Source: Epiperipatus broadwayi (taxonomy: Eukaryota > Animalia > Onychophora). Taken from it: a stretch of 64,000 bases of DNA. Made by a program: the position numbers and the translations under genes. Location: the NCBI GenBank assembly GCA_028023455.1, contig JAQFVV010000008.1, forward strand, positions 7,316,001-7,380,000. Reading direction: 5' to 3'. Positions 53,751 to 64,000 of this stretch are shown here, piece by piece. Numbering within the stretch: the stretch's first letter is position 1; the number at the start of each line of letters is the position of its first letter. The notes beneath the pieces are model-generated. The model saw nothing but the letters and a program-made list of their open reading frames with translations, had not been told where the DNA came from and did not search any database.

Positions 53751-53792
53751 TCCTCACTGACGAAGGCCACAAGCCAGAAACTAGTCTGGGGA
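53751..53792 (+). ncRNA. Type I hammerhead ribozyme B6
   Basis: ATCCAA AGC TCCTCA-CTGACGA-A GGC CACAA GCC A-GAAA-CTAG-TC/TGGGGA TA TTGGAT. Predicted cleavage after 53786. Confidence 0.8.
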
Positions 53793-54206
53793 TATTGGAT
53801 GAGTAGGCATTAGATAGGGATTTTATGCACAAGCCTTCTGGCATCCATTGATTACTCTGTTTAGCACAGGTGGCAATACTGTATGGAGAGTTTTGCTCTG
53901 TTTATCAACAATTAATGTGCTAGTATAGGAAATGTGATCATGTGATGCTTAATGGTTTAACACCAATCCTGCCTAATAGGATAGTGGTGGCTATGGTTGT
54001 AAAAGAGCCAAAAACACCAAAATGTATGGGTGCTGAACTGAGTTCAGACCCATATGACTATTTAAGCTATTGAGCTTAGATTGAAAATATATTTTGTGTT
54101 TTCAATTTCATTCTCATAGTTTAGTAGTTAAGTAGAGATAAAAGGTGGTTGCTAGAGGGTTGCATTAGATCCTAAGATCTAGATGCAGTGCTCTCAGATC
54201 CAAAGC

Positions 54207-54248
54207 TCCTCACTGACGAAGGCCACAAGCCAGAAACTAGTCTGGGGA
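54207..54248 (+). ncRNA. Type I hammerhead ribozyme B7
   Basis: Identical to B6, 456 bp downstream. Predicted cleavage after 54242. Confidence 0.8.
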
Positions 54249-55739
54249 TATTGGATGAGTAGGCATTAGATAGGGATTTTATGCACAAGCCTTCTGGCAT
54301 CCATTGATTACTCTGTTTAGCACAGGTGGCAATACTGTATGGAGAGTTTTGCTCTGTTTATCAACAATTAATGTGCTAGTATGGGAAATGTGATCATGTG
54401 ATGCTTAATAAGTGTAGAGATGATAATCTGGACCAACTGATGATTGCTGGTTTAGCATGCAATACATATATTAATGATTACTTATCTTTTTGACATATAT
54501 GTGTTCAAGTGTACCAGTGTCACAAGATAGAGTGGAGAGTGCTGGGTCATGTGAAAGTCTGTGCTCATATACCCTATATATTACATATATTGATACAGGT
54601 ATATAATAAGCCTATATATCAGTTATAATAATGTTTCACATATTTTTTTAAAAGGCAAATTGTCTTCTGTTGGTGAATAAATGAGAAACCAATACACAAC
54701 TGTGGATTTGAATATCCATTAATATTTAATTATCTGACCAGAACTTTAGGGAAAGTACTTCCTAATATCATTTAATACTTCATAAAGAAAGTACTTCTTG
54801 AAACAAAGACAAGATATTCAGCAATAGAATATACTAGCTGTCATTCTTAGACTATTTGATGCACCAATCTTAACTAGTATAAAAAAGTCAATTTTTAATT
54901 TAGTATTGTTAGTTTTTATATTAAATGCATCCTAAAAAATAAATTTTAGAAATATGACTATAAATGATTTATTTTAGAATAGATTTGGTTCTCACTGAAG
55001 TTAATCTTATTTTACAGAAATATTTAAAATTAGTTCAGAAATTACCGGTCTTTCTGAAACTATTGTGAAATCACCTTATAAACAAAACTATTGTTAATAG
55101 GTAAATAATGCAATTCATATTTCTGGTTTATAGTCAGCATATAAAATATTCCAGAATAATAAGGAATCTTTATCTTCCAGTTAAAAATATATAGATAACC
55201 ATTTATTAGTTAATAATTTGCTAGATAATTTCCAATGGACAAGTTACTATTAAAAAAAAGAAGCTGGTTTTATATCCTGACATTTGGAAATGCTTCCAAT
55301 TCTCTCAGATTCAAACTAACTCTATGTCATGGACATGGCAAATATGTGTACATTATAAAACAATGTTTCCTAATCATAAAAATGTATTATTTGCAAACAA
55401 TTATTTCAAACAATAATCAATAACTAAGTTGAACTGATAAGACATTGGTAAACTGTATAGCTAAAAAAAACAGCTTTCAAATGATCCATTGCAAAACAAA
55501 ACTTTGTCCAACAGTCATCCCAATAAAAAATAAACAGTAAAGTATATAATATTATTCATGAGGTTAACAAATTTCCAGTTGTTAGATACCCATTTGCTGA
55601 TAAACAGTTATTTAGATTGGCTATCTAAAAAAAAAAAGAAAATCCTAAGCTTGCTGGTATATAGTATATGTGAAGATGCATATTTTTTCCTCATAACAAA
55701 TTACTAAAAGGAATATCACCTTTATCCATCCCTGGGCTA

Positions 55740-58700
55740 TTTGAATATAAAGACTCACCTCTCATTATCTTTTTTCATGAAGTGCCACCCCAATGTTTTT
55801 ATTGTCAACATTGGGCACCTCATGAGAAATTGCCAGACAGACAATGCAAACAATGTGGCGATCTCCTTAACAGATATCACAGATGTATAGACAGAGAAGG
55901 TCGACCTTCAGACAAATCACTAATTAATTATGCCTTATAACCAAGCATAACAATATGCCACACCATACAGATGAGGGAACTGGATTTTGGACCTCATGGT
56001 CAGTATCATGAAGTACTTCAAGACACTTAGATGTAACAGATAAACATCAAACGCCTGATCCTATCAATTTAACAGCTGAAGAGCAGATTGCTGAAGATTG
56101 ATCTGAGGTTGAGGAGGGCGCTTTTTCAATGGTGTCAGGTAGTGATTCAGAAAATAATAACGAAAATCTTTATATCCTCCAACGTAAAAGAATTGGCACC
56201 AGAAATCCTCCACAGCGTGCTCCAGTAGTAGTGGAGATAGCTGGCTGCTAAACTTACTCGTCACCAGGATCAAACAGCAACTAAATCAAGCTCTAAAGAA
56301 AGAAACTCAGATGCAATTCTCTGGTCCAAACCCATGTGTTTGAAGAGAATGACCTTACTGATCCTAAAAAGTCAATTGAACTGGTTGTTCCTTCAGCCCT
56401 ATTTGGTTCTGAGGACAATGTGCTACTAGATAAATTTGGCTCTTCTCTTGATGGAGAGGATTATCGGCTTGATCCTGAGATAGATGCTATACCCCACCCA
56501 TTGCTGGTTCCTTTCCCTGATGAAATTGGGATGGTGGATGAACCTCCTGATTGTGAGGAAGAGGTTGACATTGATATTTAATGTCATTTCAGTCAATGTT
56601 CGGGGTCTGAAGTCATGTGGCAGAGCATATACTTTGTCACATTGGTCATCAGGCTCTGGATATCCTTTGCCTGTGTGAGACCAAACTCCACCTCCAATCT
56701 GACCCTGACATTATTAATCTAATCCAAGATATGGTATGCTTTCACTATTCGTATTCATCCTCTGCTTTGGAAGGAGTCACTATCCTCATTAACCAAGAAA
56801 TCACTAATCTCCTTTATTCAAAATTTTATACATTGATTCCAACTGCCCAATCACTATAATCCAATTTAATGGTTGATCCATGAATCTTGTAAATGTTTAC
56901 TTATCAAAAGAAACTGAATTTGTTCTCAGGATAATACATACAATCAATTCTGTACTAAGAATTCAGTCCATTCCCAACATTTATTATAGGTGATTTCAAT
57001 CATACCTATGAACAGTTTCAAAACAAGTAAGTCTCATGTCTTAATCAGCCAGTTGACAGAGGAAGAAAGTTCTTTCCCCATCCTGCCTTTTCGTTTTACA
57101 TGAAAAAAACAAACTTTAATTGACCTAATTTTCTTCACTTCCTCACTGGATCCTGTCAATGAAGCTCACCTCTGACCAACTGTTTTCTTGGATCATTTTG
57201 CCTTAGAGATGAGTTAACCATAGCACTACCACCCAAACAATTGATGAGATGCCATGTACCATCCAAATGTTAAACAGATATAACATCACAACCCAATTGT
57301 TGTCCGAGACTTACATCACCTTTAATCAGATTTCATTTTATTCCTTCCCTGCACAGATTGCTTGAAAATTATTTACTCAAATCCTTGGAGACCTGATTAC
57401 CAGATGCACTCGTGTGATTAAGGGTCCAATCCACATACTCTGGGAATTGGACTTGATTGCTCATGAGCTTAGGTATCTTCCATACGAGGCGTAGAACATC
57501 TCAAAGATTACCTTAAAAACAAAATACAAACACACACAGAAGGTTGTAGCTGAATACCTCTCAATCAAAAGGGCCCAGCAATACCTTGAACATCAACATT
57601 GCTGGACCAGGGGCTACTTGAGATGGGCCCTTGGATCCATCAAAAGAACTAGGGTCCCCAAATCGATTGAGGTACAAGGTAACAGCTATTTTGGTTCCTC
57701 CATGCTGGCCAGGATTTGTAACCACTATTTGACAAAATTTTAGCCTCTGGCATCATTAATACATGCAGAAAATTTTGTTATAGAAAACACTCCACTGCAT
57801 CTGATTACTGAGGCCAGAATATTATTAAAATTGGAACTGCATAGAATTCCTAAATTTCTGCTTGTCCATCTAAGATCATTTACTGTCCCAATTGTCAAAA
57901 GAATGGTGGGTCTACTTGCTGATGACAGTCATGAGTTAGATGGGATCTGTCCAATTGCCATGGGTACCTTTATTAAAAAGTTGGAAGCCCCACATGAGTT
58001 GGGCAACTTACGACCAATATCCATGATCCCATTACTCGTGAAAATGATAGGCTTGATCAAGAAAGACATACAAAACTACATCATCCATTAACTGTCTTCT
58101 TTCCAGTTCACCAAGATAGGGAGTTCCATGGCTGATATCATGTCCAAAGGAAAAGAATGTCTTGGTCAGTCATAGCTGAACTTGACTTTCCTGGTGCCTT
58201 TGATTGCATTCAGATTGTTACTCAATGTACTGGAGGAACTTCAAGTGCCTTCAGCATACCTTCAAATGATGGAGAACATTCTCCAAAATCGTGGTGTTTT
58301 TCTCTTTGGATGGTCAAGTTGCCCCAGGATTTCAGCCATTTCCATTCTGCAGGGTTCGTCATTAAGTGTACTTCTCTTCATGGCCTATGTCAATCCATTG
58401 TTGTTTAGCATTGAGGTTATCTTCCCTGAGTAGCATCCCTATGCTGAATGAGAACATTTGCCACATCTTCTATATGGACAACATGGTGTTTCTCATCTCG
58501 GGATGAATTGATTGGGCTAGAGAAACTTTTGGATCAGTTTGATTGCCAATTTGGTCTCAAAGTCAATAAGGGGAAGTCAGCATTGTGGTCCATCTTGACA
58601 GGTCAGAAGATTCAGGGTGATTTCGTTGCCCTCTTCAAAAAATTTGTTTCCATCTGGCATTCCCTCCATCTATGGGAAAGGAGTTACAAAATCTCTCCTC

Positions 58701-59570
58701 ACCAAGGTTAACAATATAGTAACATCACTTTCCAAAGTATACTTTTCTCTTTTTGGGAGTTACTCTCTTGAATTCAGTAGTTTTGCCCAAGATCCTCTAC
58801 TACCTAGCTGGATTTTCCCTATGAAGGTTTTCATCAAAAAGATTGAGGTAATATGCAGAAGACTTTGCTTGATAGGCAGAGCTCCTGTCATCAGTTTAGA
58901 AATTCTACAAAGACCTAGACTGCTCAACGGTCTCTCCCTTCATTTCTTTTAGATTCTTCAACATCCAACGGGCTCACAATGTCTTATTCAAACTTTTCAG
59001 AGACAACTCTGATATGGAATGTCCTTTCCCAATGGAAAAGGTTGAACCGACGATCAACTGCCTCCCAGATGCTGAAAAATATGTTGCAACAGCAAGTTAA
59101 AATCATTATACAGAACCTCAAAACAACCAGATCCTCTTTTCATGATAAACTTACCTACTGGGAAGTCTATTGTCTCATTTTTCCTGTTAAGACTAAGATA
59201 ACCAGCTGGCTTCCTATTGGAATTCAGCACTATTTAAAATTGACCCAGATTCTCAAACTCAGCCCTAAATTTGTTGACTTCCTGATACAGTCATCCTTGG
59301 TGCTCTCCCTACAGGGGCCTTCTTATGGTACAAAAGAGGGTATAACATCAACCCAATTTGTCTACTATGCCCCAAACAGGAAGAAATTATTGCACATATT
59401 CTGGAGGAGTGTGAATTATGGAAGCACCTTCAAGCTCTAGCCCTTCATCAAACCGATATTGAAGCGATGGATCTGGAAGTCAGATCAATGCTTCACAGCC
59501 TTACATAAATGGTATTTCAAACCTGGTTCCTGTATGTGGAAAATAACAGAATTTTGCATTAAATAGAAAT
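55740..59570 (+). mobile_element. L1/Tx1-like non-LTR retrotransposon, near full length, pseudogenised
   Basis: ORF1 remnant with a frameshifted zinc knuckle (QCFYC..LGHLMRNC). ORF2 from about 56577: APE (NVISVNVRGLK, ILCLCETK, IGDFN), RT (LRPISMIP, LDFPGAF, LQGSSLSVLLF, YMDN, FGLKVNKGKS) and a C-terminal CCHC finger CLLCPKQEEIIAHILEEC at 59359-59412. Many stops and frameshifts. Confidence 0.9.
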
Positions 59571-59957
59571 AATTTATTAAAGTAAATGCAATTAAAAAAC
59601 TATTTTTTCCATAAAAATATCTTTTGTCATAATTTATGAAATAAGTATGTATGTTTGGTAAACACATATGTATAAATTAATTCAGGGTTCTGTTAAAACT
59701 AAAATTAAACTTTATATATAAAAAAACACATTTTTATTCTTATATTGAAAATATTTTGTGTGGTTCATCTTAGATAAGCCTTCCAACATGCCAGAATTAA
59801 TTAATCTTAAGAGTTTCATTTTGGGGCAATTAAGTATGGCCTCCTTAATAAGAAATTAGAAGTTAAATCAAAATTAGATTACAAAATTGTAAAGTTTGAT
59901 TTTGTAAAAAGAAAATTGCTTTGAAACAAAGGAGAGCGGAGGCTTGACAAGATTGAA

Positions 59958-60158
59958 TGATATAAAAAAACAATAGTGAGTTTAGGCTGAAAAGTATAAA
60001 TAGTGGGGAGAACAAAAGAGATGAGATCAGATTATATTTTGTTGAAGAGACACGCTTGAATGATATGAAATACAATAGAGTGAGTTTAGGCTGAGAAGTA
60101 TAAATAGTGGGGAGAACAAAACAGATGAGATCAGATTATATTTTGTTGAAGAGACAGG
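59958..60158. repeat. About 103-bp tandem duplication
   Basis: gtgagtttaggctga.aagtataaatagtggggagaacaaaa.agatgagatcagattatatttt.gttgaagagaca occurs twice in tandem. Confidence 0.9.
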
Positions 60159-63100
60159 ATGTTACGTGATATTGTTGAAATGCTTCATTTTTGGTACGAG
60201 ACCATGTACAGGGGCTAGCTCCATCAGCTTTGCCTGCTGTCTGGGCCTCTATCCAGCAGAATGCCAAAGACTATAGTGTTTTTAAGTGATCTGTAATGGT
60301 GCTTCATGGACTAAACAAGCTACCTGTAAAAATGATTTCCTGTTGGCAAATCAATTAAGGCATCATGGGATTTGTACCATCACCAAAACCCAAAATCTGG
60401 TGCCAGTAACACTTTTAAATACTCCTCACAAACTTTTTTTAAATACTCCTCACAAACTTTTTACCTTCCATTTTGTTTTCATAAATCTTCATTTGTCTTA
60501 TTAATATAAAATCTTTGATTTTCTATAATGTAATTTAATCAATGTAACTTTATATACTCTGTAATTTAATCCTCGATCATTCTTTATAATTTCCATGCTT
60601 TTCTTCGCTATTCCTCATTTCTTAAATCAAATCTGTATATATTTTGCTTATTATTTATGCAATATTAATATTCATCTATAAGGATATATTTTAATATTTT
60701 ATATTACCATTTATATAATGTCCATTTCCATAATTTGCCAGTTCGATCTCCTCAATAAAGCTTATTCCTTCCTTCGTATGTTTGAAAGCTATAAGAGATA
60801 TTTTATTAAAAATATAAGGGGAAGGGAAATTATAAAATGTCTTAAATCAAGCGTATGGGGCAAATTATTTATTAAAAGTATTTATAAAGATTTTCTTTTA
60901 GCCTCGCTTTATTGAGAGGATTTCTGGTTCATAAAATAAGTTTGCATTAAACGTATGGGTTATCGTGTGTGTGCAAGCTTGGGCTAAAATCAAATTATTT
61001 GATGTCATTAGACTTCAAAGAACTGGCGATGTATTACTGCAGAGTCTGGGTTTTGGGAAATCCTTTTTTTTTAGTGCTGCTTTTATTTCATTAATTCTCT
61101 AATTAGCTCGGGAAATTTATATAATATATTCGTTTTCTGCTGGGAGGGTGTCTAGAGTTGATTTATTGTCATGTGAGTTTATTGCTCAGTTTACCTTCAG
61201 ATTTGCAAGATCAAAAAAAAAAAAATCTTTCATTTGCCCGGATTATCATGGCCACCCAATTTATTTAAATGTTTTCATTGTCTCAGGATATGAAGGATTT
61301 ATGTAAATGTTTAGCTAGTTGAGCTAGGCTGGCTGACCTTACACTCCTTCACCTGAAATTTGTCTTTGTGCGAATGTGCATAAGAATTCCCAGTTTTGTT
61401 TTTCTTTTGGGCTTTCATGTTCAATTTCATGCGAATTCAGATCATTTAGTTAATCTTATTTCCAGGCATTAATTAGATTCATATGCATCAAGCAGTCATC
61501 AACAATTACTGAGTCTTTCGCATTTGACAGCAAATCAAGTCTTTTTAATTTTCTGTTAATAATGGGGTTTGGGGAGAATATCATTACTTTCAATATAAAC
61601 TAGATTTTATTTTTTGTGCATCACTATCTTCGGATTGATTTCCTGGGGCCAGACTAAACGAAATAATATTGTAAAATTTCGTTGAGTTATTAATAAATTA
61701 TTGTAAAGTCATTCGAGCTTGCTCACACAAAATATGTTAAATGAGTAAATGTTAAAGTGGGTTTAGGTGGCAAACAACTTTCTTACCACAAAAGAATTTT
61801 AGATTTCAACATTGTGCTTTGATTTAATGATTTGGGAATGTGTTCTATGGGAATAGTGAGAATAAAGCCTCTAATTTTATTAATATCCTTATTAAAGTAT
61901 CTATTCTTAATATAAAATATACAGTAACTTCTATTTATTATCTGTATATGTGATATTTTTATTGTAAATCTCCGTTGATCCAAGTATTACATAAGTCTTT
62001 CACACAAGCCCGGAGTTATATATCATTATTCAAGTTAGGTTAATGATTTAATTTGTAATTGTTTCTCCCTGATGATAGCGGAATGGGCATAAGAATGGAG
62101 ATCTATGCGTGACTCGGATATGTTGTTGATTCGTTGTTAGATTCAAAAGATAGACAAATAGGGCAGAGTCCATAGTATTCTTGATTTTTATATTTCACGT
62201 ATGATTGGTCTCGAGGTACTTTCATCTAGATTTCGAACCGGGTTAAACCACCATACACATTCAACTGGACAATATGAACCCTGGCAGCGTACTGCTCAAA
62301 TCAGCCATTCAGAAAGGTCACTTCGGACAGATCTGGCTAGCTATCTTTCTAAACTTTGCCATTTGGTCTGTCAGATGAAAGGTTATATTTGAAAAAGGAA
62401 ACAATTGTTCCATTAAAACCCTACCTAACATCAATGAAGATGAAAAGTGGACTCGTCAACCCTGGCTGGCTGATCAGACTTGGGGCCAGACCAGGTTTTA
62501 GTTTGATTCACCTGCACCATGAAAGATCAAGCAATGCCATCTCAACATTCCTGCTGCTCCATCATCCAGTGCTGAATTATAACTCATATATAGTTATATA
62601 TCTTTGTATTTATCTATTAATTTTTTCTTATTTGTAACCCTGACCGAACAGACTTGGAGCCAGACCTGATTTTAACTTGACCTTTCTGGGCCATACAAAT
62701 ATAGTTACTCCCTCTTGTTGATCCTAATGCCTTGTCACCTGGCTTTAAAATGTAAAACTCTTATATATCTCAATTAATCATCATATTACTTATGTAATAC
62801 ATTTAATCATTGTATATTCGTAATGTGAATAAATTTTGTTTTTGAAAGAAAGTAACAAATTACAATAATAAAATTCTACCAAATACAAAAATAAAAGGAA
62901 TTAAAAGAAATAAAATAAATTAATCATAAAAACTAAAAATAAATCGGATATAATAAACTCACTAAATTAAAAGTGATTTAATTAAAAGACAATATTTATA
63001 TTTAATAAATTGTAAAGGATAAATTAACCATATAAAAAACCTAACCATTAAAAGTTCTAACATATGGAATCTTAAAAATTACAAAGACATTTAATTATGC

Positions 63101-64000
63101 AATAAATTATCATGACCAAATGTTAATACTTGATGCTAATAATGAATGTTCTTGCTTCTTACTTCTTAAAATATAACTTATTCTATCTTATACTTAAAAA
63201 TACATCTAAGAAAGATTCATTTAATTTCTGTTGAAATTATAAAATAATAAATATGATTGATATTCCAAATCCTTAAGATCTTTTTTCCCAATTTCTGAAG
63301 CTAGTTATTTTGAAGTAATTTCTAAATAAATGAAATTAGTCCATGTTTAATCTATTGTTTTAGATGATGCCATAAAATCACTCAAGACAAGATTCAGATG
63401 ATAATCTTATAGGCAATAAATTTGTATATTTCAAAATAATAGCTAGAATAACATACTTTCCTCATTTATTCCAAATAAACTTAAGTTAAAAATAGTTTCT
63501 CTTTTCCTAAAAAAAGTCAATATGCAGAAATGAATTTATATCATGTAAATCAAATAATGATTATTATTGTCAAATATTTTTGTTGAGTAAGCTAAGATAA
63601 AAGTATTCTATATTTTTATACTGCATTGCACAGATATTGTATAAATTGAGAAATTTTGCTAAGATTTATTAAAAAAAAACAACTAAATCAAATGGGTAAT
63701 ATTTCATAATAACCAGAAGTAAATGCCTAAATCTGAGCTAATTCAATAGGTGATTATCATATTTTCATAAACAAAATATGAATATTGTATTTAACTGATC
63801 TTTAATACCTAGAATAGTTTTAGGAAAACTAGAGATGATGCAAAATTTAATATAATATGCAGAGATTCCACAATATCGAATCTAATAAATGTTAGAAAAA
63901 ATGTGCATTAAATAAATATTATACTAAAATATTATTTCTAATCTTTAAAGTTTTTGTCATAATTAGTTTATAAGTAAGATGCTTGAATTTTTTTCATTAA

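Larger units (their letters stand above)
52392..54421. mobile_element. Family B 2-kb near-perfect palindromic insertion
   Basis: Left arm 52406-53353 (units start 52406, 52861, 53317), 61-nt spacer 53354-53414, right arm 53415-54363 plus 44 nt. 14-bp TSD ataagtgtagagat at 52392-52405 and 54408-54421. Confidence 0.95.
51191..54638. mobile_element. Family A head-to-head inverted insertion (hosts the family B palindrome)
   Basis: Minus-sense arm 51206-51903 (hammerheads 51290-51333, 51734-51777) and plus-sense arm about 51904-54623 (hammerheads 51951-51994, 54432-54475). Perfect 15-bp TSD tataataatgtttca at 51191-51205 and 54624-54638. Confidence 0.88.

Noticed and set aside
52406-54407. CRISPR-like array or pure sequencing fold-back as explanation of the palindrome
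   Set aside because: Units are identical 456-mers with no spacers in a eukaryotic context. A flanking TSD, asymmetric arm ends, arm differences and the same architecture in older diverged copies argue against an artefact, though long reads are still needed.
2493-62637. Most remaining short ORFs in the supplied track
   Set aside because: Low-complexity F/I/L/K/N/Y-rich translations of AT-rich non-coding DNA, or shadow frames of TE remnants.

Overview
AT-rich, CpG-depleted eukaryotic (invertebrate-like) genomic window. One host gene is recognisable: the last four coding exons (9657-9785, 14321-14490, 19925-20770, 32732-33817, + strand, splice phases consistent) of an orphan class C, mGluR-like GPCR with a Venus-flytrap domain, only 3 Cys where mGluRs have a 9-Cys CRD, a 7TM domain and a C-terminal -TKL. 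Its N-terminal exon(s) were not found. The rest is mostly decayed mobile DNA: two SPIN/GTF2IRD2-like hAT fragments, a Merlin (IS1595-like) transposon with about 40-bp TIRs, a decayed L1/Tx1-like LINE, RTE/LINE scraps, a MITE and three tRNA-Gly-derived SINE copies. The main signal is a non-coding ribozyme system. Two unrelated families of about 440-465-bp monomers (A and B) each carry a type I hammerhead ribozyme with a palindromic minimal stem III. They occur as partial tandems and, at 4 of 5 loci, as head-to-head inverted insertions; 3 of those 4 have clear 14-15-bp target-site duplications. The most recent is a 2-kb near-perfect palindrome of B monomers nested inside an inverted A insertion. 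A Penelope-like (GIY-YIG) 3' remnant with its own hammerhead and further variant hammerhead motifs are also present. All alignments and folds were done by eye; no searches were run.
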